A stretch of 63,494 nt of DNA, counting the filler, from Craspedostauros australis (Eukaryota), in the NCBI GenBank assembly GCA_030167865.1. It is 8 parts of 8 records of this genome, joined end to end, with 100 filler letters (N's around TTAATTAATTAA, not from the genome) between each part and the next. Parts side by side here need not be neighbours in the genome. Positions count along the whole stretch, not along the records: positions 43,174 to 46,797 come from JALAGF010005336.1; positions 46,898 to 57,651 come from JALAGF010005338.1; 6 more parts are not named here. One strand, written 5' to 3'. Made by a program: the position numbers and the translations under genes. The notes under the pieces are model-generated. The model made no database searches. It had not been told where the DNA came from and saw nothing but the letters and a program-made list of their open reading frames with translations. Position 1 is the first letter of the stretch, and every line of letters begins with the position of its first letter. Shown here in pieces: positions 43,459 to 55,083 of this stretch.

Positions 43459-46400
43459 TTAAGTTGTATCACCACGGCTCTGTCGTGCAGCCCTCCCACG
43501 GGTCCTCATCCCAGTAGTAGTCGGCTTTCTTCGTGCTTTCTCTTTGTCATTATGCTGGTGCTGTGATTGTTGGTCTCCTATTGCTTGTTCTGCCATTGTG
43601 GGATTATTCGTGGTTGCTTCCGCCATTGTTGTTGGTACTGTTGCAACCTGCGGCGGCTGTTGGATACTTCCTTCTGTTGTCTCTCCTCTTGCATCATCTT
43701 TTGGGACCGATTCAGTTGATGTTTGAGTTGCACTTGGCGATGGCATCTGGACTCCACCTGTTTCGGCTCCTCTTGTTGACACCAGTGATAGTGGTGATGG
43801 CAAGATCACCACCTCCGTTTGGGCATCTGTTCGTGTTGTATGCTGCACACCGCCTGCCTGGGATGGCAGGATCCGTTGGGGTGATCCTGCTGTTGCCATC
43901 TCGTCTGGCCATGCCCTTATTCTTCCAATTTCTGAGACTTTGGAACGTCTGGCTGCTGGTGATTGTGGTGGTGGCATTGTCTGTGTCTCCGTTTGGGCAT
44001 CTGTTCGTGTTGTTTGCAGCTCACCGCCTGCCTGGGCTGGTAGGATCCGTTGGGGCGATCCCACTACAGCAATCACCTCTTCTGATGCCCGTCCTCTTCC
44101 ACTGTCCAAGACTTCTGAACGTCTGGCTGCTGGTGATTGTGGTGGTGTCATTGTCTGCATCTCTGTTTGGGCATCTGTTCGTGTTGTTTGCTGTGCACCG
44201 CCTGCCTGGGCTGGTAGGATCCGTTGAGGTGATCCTGCTGTTGCCATCTCCTCTGGCCATGCCCTTATTCTTCCAATTTCTGAGACTTTGGAATGTCTGG
44301 CTGCTGGTGATTGTGGTGGTGGCATTGTCTGTGTCTCCGTTCGGGCATCTGTTCGTGTTGTATGCTGCACACCGCCTGCCTGGTATGGCAGGATCCGTTG
44401 GGGCGATCCTGCTGTTGCCATCTCGTCTGGCCATGCCCGTCTTCCTCCACTGTCCAAGACTTCCGAACGTCTGGCTGCTGGTGATTGTGGTGGTGGCATT
44501 GTCTGTGTCTCCGTTCGGGCATCTGTTCGTGTTGTTTGCTGTGCACCGCCTGCCTGGGCTGGTAGGATCCGTTCGAGCGATGGGTGAATGCGACTGCTCT
44601 GGCTTCTTTCGTCCATAGCAGGGCGACAGTGTGTGTTCTGGTCTGCACTGGCTCTCGCACTTGCTGCTTCTGGATCTTCACCACCTGATCTGCTTGCCAA
44701 GTGGCCAGCAGCATCAACCAATGCCGCATCGAGGGAGATATCCTCATGCTCCCACCATCTGTTGGCATTTTGAGAGACGTTCACATTGATGTTGGGGCCA
44801 CCTGCTGGGGCCATTTCGATGGCAAGGCGGGGCTTCTTTCTTGGTCCACTTGCTTCATTGTTATCTGCCAACAGCCTGGGCCTCTGTTGTAAGGCGTTCC
44901 CCCGTGTCCGGATTATGCGCTTTTCCTCCACCTTGAGAGCCAGTTCAGCCTCCATCATCTCAAGTGCTACCCGCTTGATCTCAATACGGTCTCGTATTAT
45001 GTCGGTACTGTCCGTGAATACCGACATGGTGTCGTCAGTGGCAGTCCGGGTTGCTGGCTGATGACTGATTGCAGAAACCCTGGGCCTGGCTTGTTGGCTG
45101 TGCAGCCTTGGCGGCGTTGCTGATGGTAGTTGTCCGGTGTTGTTGCTTGCAAGGCTTTGTGCTGCTGGGATGTGGCTGTGGCCTCCTGGCTTGGTGGTGG
45201 GCGTGGGTATTGCAGGTGTTGTGCTGTAGCCAGCAGCATTTCCTGTGGTGTCCACTGTCTTGCTCACCGTGCTTGTCAATGTGTTGTTGATATTGTGGGT
45301 GGTGATGTCAGTGGTGCAACTTTGTGGGTTAGTGACTTCACCACGGACACCCAGATGGCTTCCATCACCATCTGCAAAGCCCAGACCATGGCATACAGAA
45401 AAGTGCCGGGTCACACCCACGTTGGTTGCTTCCTTCAAACGTACCGTTATTGTGAGGATGTTGTGAGTGGCGCCATCATTGTCCTTCACAGCATGANNNN
45501 NNNNNNNNNNNNNNNNNNNNNNNNNNNNNNNNNNNNNNNNNNNNNNNNNNNNNNNNNNNNNNNNNNNNNNNNNNNNNNNNNNNNNNNNNNNNNNNNNNGC
45601 AAAGTCTTCATTCCGAAACTGCTGCACATGGGCAGCACGTTTCTGTCCTGCATCAGAGAATGGATGGCCCAACTTGTCGATTAGAATGTCCACGATGCTT
45701 CCATCTTGACCGAAAGCTGTTGGTGGCTTGTACAGCAGCACCAGGAACATCCGAGGTACTCCGCCCACCTTCCAACTTTCGATGGTCACGGTTGCGTCAT
45801 TCCTTGTAGTACATGCAGGCAGGTGGAAGTCGACCCCAACCATGCGATATCGTTCACCACGAGGCCTCCACACTTGAGTTGTGTGNAAGACCTCGATGGT
45901 GCGGCTCAGCTTCCGAAACTTGGCAACTCGTTGGGGCTCTGATAGCTCAAAAAAGNTGCCAAATCTTGCAGTGATGGGGTCCAGAGGGCGGCTTGAAGCT
46001 TGGTTTTGGACTGCTGTGTTGCCCATCCCAAGGTAGTCGATGTCATCCTCAGAATCGGTTTCTGAAACATCATCGGATGCATCATCGTCTTCAGCCCATG
46101 CACTGTTGTTACTCCCATCTGTGTCATTGGTTTGACTGGGGGTAGTGGTNNNNNNNNNNNNNNNNNNNNNNNNNNNNNNNNNNNNNNNNNNNNNNNNNNG
46201 AAACTTGGCAACTCGTTGGGGCTCTGATAGCTCAAAAAAGGTGCCAAATCTTGCAGTGATGGGGTCCAGAGGGCGGCTTGAAGATTGGTTTTGGACTGCT
46301 GTGTTGCCCATCCCAAGGTAGTCGATGTCATCCTCAGAATTGGTTTCTTCAACATCATCGGATGCATCATCGTCTTCAGCCCATGCACTGTTGTTACTCC

Positions 46401-46649
46401 CATCTGTGTCATTGGTTTGACTGGGGGTAGTGGTGCCATGTTTGTCNGATNTGTCATGTGTGCTTCTCCGTGTGATTCGTCTGCTCACAGCTGACCTGCT
46501 GTTGTTGATGGTGTTGGNGTTGTTCNGGTTGGCGGTGTTGGAGTTATGGTTGGAGGTTTCTAGCACAGAGTCGTCAGCTNCAGGTTCATCAAGAGGACGG
46601 AGGTTGGCACCTAGCTTCTGGATTGAAACCTTGTGTGGTGTGCCGTCCT
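43459..46649 (-). CDS. Large exon of an unidentified protein with internal 58-aa repeats (possibly transposon-borne)
   Basis: Long open frame across gaps; probable intron 46790-46650 (GTGAGT...CATCCAG); globular-looking core VGVDFHLP...FLVLLYKPPTAF. Confidence 0.55.
43815..44575 (-). repeat. 174-bp tandem repeat, about 4.4 copies
   Basis: GGATCCGTT anchor recurs with 174-bp period; unit encodes RILPxQAGG..TTRTDA.TETQTMPPPQSPAAR. Confidence 0.93.
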
Positions 46650-47085
46650 CTGGATGAAACGATGAAGAGATGAAGGCCAAAGGTTGGTGTCATAGGAAAG
46701 AGATAAGAACACAGATGAGAAGTAACCTGGTTGAAAGCAGAGATGCTCAGGATGAAAAGTTGGCAATGTCACTGGGCATGTGATACTCACGATGAAANNN
46801 NNNNNNNNNNNNNNNNNNNNNNNNNNNNNNNNNNNNNNNNNTTAATTAATTAANNNNNNNNNNNNNNNNNNNNNNNNNNNNNNNNNNNNNNNNNNNNCCT
46901 GCACTGATGTACTTGGTTCAGTGCTCAAGGGTAGATGATCATTACAGTGCTTTGCTCTCCGCACATGTAGATACGCTGTAGTGTAGGCCATGACGCATGT
47001 TAGTGACAGTCATGAAGCAGTGGCTGTGACTGGAGCTGATCCTCGGATTCCATTGCTCAAGTTGAAGCAAGTAGGATTCACACGT

Positions 47086-47353
47086 TGAGACTACGGCAAT
47101 GATGCAGTAGTCGTCAGCATGGAGGGAATCGAGGTATGTTGTAGTAAAAGGATCTGAGGAGCATATAGTTCCCAAGGTGAGGTGTGAGTCAGGTCGGTCA
47201 TGTTTGAGTCATGGTGGATTTGTGAATGGAGGAGAGAAAGGAGGAGAAAAGATTTGGTGGTCGATCAAGTCAGAAGATTTCGCGCCAAAACAAGAATTTC
47301 TCCCATCAGGTTGATACCGTGTTCGGTAATAGTCTGTCCCTCATTGAATCTCA
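47086..47353 (-). repeat. Candidate 3' LTR of element D
   Basis: Starts TGAGA just after the PPT; a matching TCTCA inverted end lies at 47090-47086; no second copy available to confirm. Confidence 0.5.
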
Positions 47354-47440
47354 ACTCTCCCTCTCAGTGTTGGGTCGTGATTGGAGTTGTGGTATCGATG
47401 AAAACTTCATCCTTCGTTGTTGTTTGTTATTTGCTGGTTG

Positions 47441-50400
47441 TTACCAGCCCATGATCTTGAACCGCAAGTATTCGAAGACCGCAATGGACAATCCCTTTGT
47501 AAAGATGTCTGCAAGCTGCTCCGGCGTGGCAATGTGCTGAATGCAAATGAAGCCTGCCTTGACCCAGTACCAAAAGAAATGCCACTTGGTCAGGAAATGC
47601 TTGGTGCGCGCGGTCGGCTGGTGATTGGTGGCGAGAGAAATGCAAGCTTGATTGTCCTCGAAGACAGTGCACTGGAGATTGGTGTGCAGCGGCATGTCGG
47701 TGTCTGCGTTGTTGATCACCTGACGGATGAGCTGTTGGATGGGAATCAAGGTTCGCATTGCAAGAGAGAGCGCTGCGTATTCGGATTCCATCGTAGACAG
47801 TGCGATCTCAGTTTGGAGTTTTGACTTCCAAATGAGAGGGCATCCACCCAGTGTGATCAGATATCCCGTGCGTGACTTGACCGACACCGGGTCTTTGCTG
47901 TCTTCGCGTTGGTAGAGTCCTGCGAAGTCAGCGTCCACGTAGCACTTGAGGTCGAGTTGCCCTGTGGGGCGGACGATGGTGCCCATAGTTTCCGTGTGCT
48001 TTAGATAACGCATGATGCGCTTGACGACTTTGGCGTGTGAGCGTCGGGGATCGTGTCCGAAGCGAGCGACTTGGGAGACTGCGAAGGCAAGATCGGGACG
48101 AGTATTCGTTGTGAGGTACAGCAGCATGCCAACGACAGAGCGGTAGTTCCATTTCTCGTTCATGGCTGGCTCGTCCTTGCACTGTCCAAGCGCGAGTTGC
48201 GTGGTTGGTACCGGACATGGATTGCAGTTTGACATATTTGTTGTCTCAAGGATCTTTTTGATCAATCCTGGCTGTCGAAGATGGACGATATCCGCTTTCG
48301 GATCGCGGCAGAGTTCGATCCCCAGGAACTCGGTGAAGCTGCCTTCCTGAGTGAGCTCGAACCCGAGTTCATGCATTGATGCAATGAAGTCGTCGGCATC
48401 CTTCTTGGTCTTGGAGGCGATTCCTGCATCGTCAACGTAGAGAACGATCATGATGTTGTGCTTGATGAACAGGCATTGCTCTTGGTCGCAGGCCGTGAAG
48501 CCGACTGTGATTAGAGCTCGGATGAGATGCTCATACCACAGGCGCGGGGCGATCGTTAATCCGTAGAGGCTTTTGCGAAGTCGGAGACAGGTGTTGGGCC
48601 CCTTGCTTGACTTGAAGCCGCGAGGAAGGTGAAGATGCACAGGCTTGTGGATGGAGGCCTGTACGAAAGCGTTGGTGAAGTCGATGGATGTAGTTGTCCA
48701 ACCCATCACAATGGATGTGCTCAAGAAGATGCGAACGGATGACCAGGCCACGACTGGTGCGTAGGTGGATGCACCCTCATTCATGAGATCTCCACGGCAA
48801 CACCAGCGACCCTTGTACTTCTTGATTGTGCCATCTGGCAAGCGCTTGCGACGGAATACCCAGGTTCCTGGGAAGATTTGATCGTTGACGACGTCGGCCT
48901 TTTGAATCTCTTCCCATGTTCCCTTTTCCGTAAGTGCCTTGATTTCCTTTTCGGCTGCTTGCATCCATTCATCCTTGTTGTCGTCGCGAATCGCTTCGTC
49001 GAAGGAGAGGGTGTCAGGATCACTGTTGGATGCCTTGTACACGGATGAGCATTCGGTGATGTCCAAGTCACCGCCTGTCGCAAGGTAACTCATCATGCGT
49101 CCATCAACGTATGTTGGATAGTTTGTTGAGTCTCGTTGTGGCTCGATGATGGAGACAGCGTAGGCATGTTGTTCGATGTTCGCCCACGCGTGCTCTGGAA
49201 TGCATGTTGCTGTGTCGAGAATGGATGATGGGTCAACTTCAAGTGTCGATCCGATTTGGTCGGAGGCACGCGTTGCTGGAGCCACCTTAAGAGGCGCCGT
49301 GTTGGTTTCGATCATCCCTTGGACAAATGTCTCGATTTCGAATTCACTTGGCTGTGGCCATGGCCCTGGACGGATGGTCGTGACTTGGCGACGGAGTAGT
49401 TCAAATGCGAGACGATAGCGATGATTCTCAGAGATGGCGTTCCACACGGAGCGAGTTCTTTTGAAAAAGGTGTTTCCACTGATTCTGCTTTCGGGAGGAA
49501 GAAAGCCTTTCATCATCAAGTATTCTGGATCCTGGTACGACCATGGTTCTGGTTTGGCCGATGACATGTAGTCAAAGGCATCGAAGCTGGGGTTCATGGT
49601 GCCGGTACGAATGAAAGTACTCAATCTGTTGACAAATTGGCCGACAGCGTAGTCCGTCGCTTGTCTCCTGAGGTCGTCGCAACGAATCTCGCAGTGGAGA
49701 TCAACTTCGAAGTGTCGCTCCATGTCCGAGTAGAAGTTCTCGTAGACGTCTTGGAATGGCGTTGGTCCCTCTTCGACCATGTTGTTTGGATCCGGTTGCC
49801 ACCAATCGGCCATGTTGATGTTGTCTTCTCTTGTTTCAGTCGGCTTTGGGGCGAATGTTGGAAGGACGACGTTGGTTGGTTGTGGATTCAGAGTGTTGAA
49901 TCGGAGTCAAAGTCTGCGCAGTAGGTAGTTGGCATCCACCTTGAATTGGTGTAGATCGATAGAGAGAGAATCGCTGCCCTCACGTTGGAGGGGTTCGATT
50001 GTGTGCAAGCAATCGACAACAGCTTATGAAAATGTGATGATTGATGCAGAATCAGGATGTAGTTCCCTGGTTGTTGTCTCCTGTTCGATTTCTTCCATGC
50101 TAGCTACTGCGGGACAGAAGTAGTAGTCATCTGTATCTTCGTCTTCTAACCATGCGGCTTTGCCTCCCATGCGCGCATACGTAAATCGCTTTGGTTGTTT
50201 GCGATTTCTCGTACTTCGAGGTCTTGTTGGCGTTGACTTGGGCTTTGGCATGGTTGGTGTCGTAGGATTAGTTTCGATTGGCGCAGAAGCTGAAGGTGGT
50301 AATGGAGTTGCCGGTTCTGAATCTGGTGATACTTGGGAAGGTGAATCCGTTTGCGGTTGAAGTGTTCGCTGGCCCGCTGACTCTACAATAGAGTCAGGTA

Positions 50401-53400
50401 CCGGGGACTCATTAATGGCTCCCTCTGTCGAAGATGTTTGCCTGTTGGCTCCCTCTGAGACTGACATTGGAGGGGCAAGAGTGTCACTCATGAGATCCGG
50501 GATCTGTTGTGTCAGTGGTTGCGACTCTTTCGCCAATACCTGTGGCGCTCTTTCACGAACGGTTTGTTGGTTTCGCGTCTCAGTTGCAGGTGGTGGAGTA
50601 TGGTCGTTGTTGCGTTGTAACCGGTGGTGGTCTCGCGTGTCTGACGCGAAGATGTCGTCCTGCTCCATTGATTCCACATCGTCGTCGTCGAATGGGTATT
50701 GAAAGGTGGTATCACCGAACATGCGAGTCCATTCTTCCGATTGATAGCTTGGAAGTTGCTTCAAGTTGGTAGCAATCGTTGCGAACCAGTCATCGAACAC
50801 AACATGGAACTGAGGTGTGATTGAACCTGTCCGTGGTGATAGGACCAGAGGTACGGTTGAAGCATGCTTCGTGGATAGACCCATGTTCACATATCTTTCT
50901 CCTCTTGGTTCCCATCGAGGTATCTTTCGTCCGTCAGCCAGTGCTTTGTTAAGGACATAGACTGGGCTGCCCCATACGTGCAGGTTGTGAAGTTGCTTGA
51001 GGGGGAGACGAATGCGTGACAGAACATTGTAAGGTGTGAGGCCTGTGGCAGGGTTAGGCACGCGATTGTAGATGTATGCGGCGTGTACGACGGCCATTGG
51101 CCACAGTTGAGCGTCAAACATTGTTGGCCAATGGATGCTTTGGTGCATCATCATGGTTCGAGCCATTGAGACAATTGTTCGAATACTTCGCTCGGCGATT
51201 CCATTGTGATGATGTGCGCCGACACCTGCAAATCGATGGACTTGATGGAATATCTCAAAGTGTTTGGAGTATTCGGGTGAGGTGAAGGTAGTTGCGTTAT
51301 CCGATAGATAGGATCGCACAGGGACTCCCACATCTCGACACATCAGTTCGAACCGTTCCTTGGCTTCGAGGGTAGCGTGCGTGGTCAGCGCTGCTACTGG
51401 TTCCACATGAATGTATCCGGAGGCGTGATCGACGAAGATGGCTCCGCCTTTGTACATTTCGTTTGGATCACCTTTGCCTCGTCCTGAGAAGAGGCGTCCT
51501 GGTGTTCGACCGACGAAGTGGTCCACTGATACTTGTTGTCCTGGGAACAAGTGGTCGGTGCGCAAAACTCCTTGTTTGTCACGAATGACATGTTGGGTTA
51601 TTCCTGGTGAAGGGCGACGGTGCAGCTTTCCGAATTGACATGCGGCGCAGAGTGGAAGGCTCGTGACCTTTACCGCAGCTGTGTGCATCTTTCTAGACGA
51701 TTCTGATCCAGTGAGTGCACCCGAACGCAGCAGGAACTTCACTCGACTGAAGGATAAGTGTCCAAGACGATAGTGCCACCAAAGAAGTTCCTTTTGCGGT
51801 TGGGTGAGGTTCACGTTGTGGTCCGATACGGTAGAGACGATGGACGTTAGTGCAGCTGGCACATCATGAATGTTGTCGGCGCTGTAGCCGAAGGATGTTG
51901 GCAGCCTTGTGGATTTCTTGTAGTTCGCTACTATTGCATTGCGATCGTCGCTTCCCAGGATTCCGCTGAGTTTGCAGGAGGACTTGTCGAACACAATCGT
52001 TTCTCCCTGATATTCTTCAAGGAGACTGGAAGTGCTGATTAGCTTGACCTTTGATTCGGGAACATGGAAAGCAGGCAGTCGCAATTTGCGAGGGCTTCCA
52101 GTTACATCAAGGACATACCATTCGACGGTTCCCAACGCATTCACTTGGATTTTCTTGAGGAACCCGTTGAGAAAGGTCGGTTTTGGTGGAGGACTTGGAG
52201 TAGAACAGAAATCGTTGAGGTCATTTGTCACAGAGATTGACGCTCCGCTGTCCCATACAAGTTCGAATGGAGCNNNNGGCGAGAGATAACTCTCAGCTTT
52301 AGCTGGAGATGCGAAAGCATTGCGATTGGTGAAATAAGATGCTAGACCTTGCAGAGTGAGTAGTGCTGGCATGTCATTGTCACATTGTTGCTTTTGGTTT
52401 CGATCATATATCAAATCGATTCCGCGAGTTGGGTACAGGCTCCAGAGGTTTCGTGAGATGGATGAGGTGCGACCTTCCTGGCGGGGCAATTTTGCAGTCN
52501 NNNNNNNNNNNNNNNNNNNNNNNNNNNNNNNNNNNNNNNNNNNNNNNNNCCATACAAGTTCGAATGGAGCATCGGGCGAGAGATAACTCTCAGCTTTAGC
52601 TGGAGATGCGAAAGCATTGCGATTGGTGAAATAAGATGCTAGACCTTGCAGAGTGAGTAGTGCNNNNNNNNNNNNNNNNNNNNNNNNNNNNNNNNNNNNN
52701 NNNNNNNNNNNNTCGATTCCGCGAGTTGGGTACAGGCTCCAGAGGTTTCGTGAGATGGATGAGGTGCGACCTTCCTGGCGGGGCAATTTTGCAGTCGTGA
52801 GTGGTTTGGTTTTACCATAAGTGGAAGTTTTCGACTGGTTCCAGTGACGACGTTTTGATCTGTGATTGCGAGTTTTGGTCCGAGCCTGGGGACACCACAC
52901 ACGTTTTGTTCGTGGGGAGTTTCCTTTCGACACGTTCACGGGTTTGGGTCCATCTGGGTCAAGGCTTTCCATCACGAGGTCGTGGAGACTGCGTTTCACA
53001 GCTCCATTGAAGTGTGTGGGACGTTTGTGCACTTGTTTGAACCGTTCCTTGACTCGTGCCTTGTTATAGGCTAAATCAGTAGAGTTGATTAAGTTGGGTC
53101 TTCGTGGAACGTTCGTGTGGAGGAGGAGTAGAGTTACGGCGATTAGCATCCAGGCATTAGCTGCCGCGATGTACCACCCATACTCTACTCCGATGGTGAT
53201 GACTTGGAGTGAAGCGAAGAGGAGAGCCATTCCAACGATGCTACCGAAGTAGTTGAAGGAGGTGAAGAGATTCCAGATGAGGGACCACCAGGTGTCTTTG
53301 TCTTGGCTGGAGGCGGCTGTGAAGCATGTCCAGGCAGCCATGTCGATGGAGAGGTTGTCCTGTTTGGGAACGTTCTTGCCTTTTGCCTTTGCCTTGAACT

Positions 53401-54566
53401 TGAAGTTGTCCTGGTGACTCTCGGTGTTGTGCGAGAGATGCCAGCGGCGGCACTTAGCGCACCACATGAACGTCTTGTCGTTGACAAGCTTGCGCTGTGG
53501 TTCACCGGGCTTGGGAGCTTTGGACGACCAGCCCTGGCCAGCGTTGCGTTTGGCGTCGCGTTCCTTGGGCTTCTTGGAGTTGTTCCTCTTTCCGTCGTTC
53601 TTGGAGAAACCCTTGTGTTGCTCGAGGACGTTGGCGCTTGGGTTTTGGACGACGTTGCTGGCGTACGAGTACCTGGGCACGTTGCTATCTTTGGTACGCC
53701 TGATGGCGTGCCAGCGATTTCCACGCACTTCGTTCGCGTACGACAACTCGGCCTTGTTGCAGATAGCCATCCATGTGAGGTCTTTTGCAGCAAGCTTGGG
53801 GCGAGCGTGCTCGTACGTGAAGACAGGGAGACGCATGAGGATTTCCTCAAGGTCATCCTTCATCACATAGAGAGGACGTCGGTACTGTTCACCAGACCAG
53901 ATCTGTCCTCCCGCTTGGAGGAAGGCATCGAGGATCGTTCGGAGGAGACGGAGGTCGAAGCGACCAGCATCGTCGAGGCGCTTGCANNNNNNNNNNNNNN
54001 NNNNNNNNNNNNNNNNNNNNNNNNNNNNNNNNNNNNNNNNNNNNNNNNNNNNNNNNNNNNNNNNNNNNNNNNNNTCTTGCTCGTCCAAGGAGTTGGCGGA
54101 GTTGCTGTTCATGAACTCAACGAAGAGGGTGATGAAGTTATCGTGGAACTTTGGCTCGATTCGGTTCATGAGCTGGTCTTCTAGACTTGGATCAAGGCTG
54201 TCACGGAAGAACACTGCGGCCGTCCAGTTGTTCTGGACGTCGTAGTGATCCCACTTCAGATGGTACTCGTTGAAGTGCTTTGTGGCATCTTCAAGAGTGA
54301 AAGCGGCTGGAGAGTCAAGAACACAAGTCATCTCTGACTCTGCGTTGCTGTCAGCGATGTACGCCATGGTGAGGAGTCCAGTTTTGGCCATGTGGTTACG
54401 CACCAAGCGGATGAACTGCTGGATGTCCCCTCCTTTCTTGAACTTGTCGGCGAGTCCTTGCTCTTGCTTGGACTGGTTGGTGGAGTCAGCACCGTTGTGG
54501 AGGATTCTCTGTTGCTGAGAGTTGGTCCACCTGGTCTGTGACTCGTCTTGGAGGCCGGTCCACTGC
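47441..54566 (-). pseudogene. Gag-Pol of element D with two in-frame stops between INT and RT
   Basis: WCAKCRRWHLSH; WDSGASIS; WHYRLGH..CAAC; SVDHF/SDNA/NGIAER; DFTNAF, SLYGL, YVDD; YVDADFAG, EDNQAC, ADIFTK; TAA at 50026-50024 and a TGA 39 codons later, same frame as the RT ORF. Confidence 0.88.
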
Positions 54567-55083
54567 TGTTGGCAAGTTCCGCTCACGGTAACCTACGATC
54601 GTGGAAGATGGTGTTGGTTGATAGTTGTCTGTTTGCTATTTCATTACGTTGGCACTCCGATACTCTTGGTGTCCGTTCGTTCTCTTGCCCGATGCTCTCG
54701 GCGCTTCAATCTGTTTNGTAGATTCGGTCTCCGACTATGAGTCGGTACGCGAGATCCTCTCTCGCTCCTCTCTGTATTCTCTCTCTCTCTCTCTCTCTCT
54801 CACCATCGTGTGCTCGTGCTACACGATACTCCGTGTTCGATGCGTGCTCCGCATTCGACACTCNNNNNNNNNNNNNNNNNNNNNNNNNNNNNNNNNNNNN
54901 NNNNNNNNNNNNNNNNNNNNNNNNNNNNNNNNNNNNNNNNNNNNNNNNNNNCTGTCGACGTGGTGACATGTTGACATCCTGTCGACGTCAGTAGGTGTCC
55001 TTCTGCTCTCCAGATGTCACGTTCCATTGGTGATGTAGTAGTCTGTCAGATGATATCGTCATCTGAGGTTTAGTTGGGAAGTA
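54567..55083 (-). repeat. Partial family-A LTR inserted into gag of element D
   Basis: Reverse complement of 1-515; CA end abuts gag codons with no PBS or leader. Confidence 0.88.

Larger units (their letters stand above)
47086..54566 (-). mobile_element. Ty1/copia element D (CoDi-like), 5' end displaced by a family-A LTR
   Basis: gag-PR-INT-RT-RH in one frame; PPT GAGAGGGAGAG at 47365-47355; candidate 3' LTR. Confidence 0.92.

Noticed and set aside
43815..44575. CRISPR-like array (also considered for 23891-24041 and 14967-15058)
   Set aside because: Contiguous tandem units without unique spacers, no cas genes, eukaryotic context
43533..44618. 361-aa very hydrophobic plus-strand ORF suggesting a multi-pass membrane protein
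   Set aside because: Antisense shadow of the 174-bp repeat; the minus-strand frame is much longer and extends beyond the repeat
54567..54586. ORF-track start MSGTCQ for the 1520-aa polyprotein
   Set aside because: These codons come from the inserted foreign LTR; the true gag start is missing
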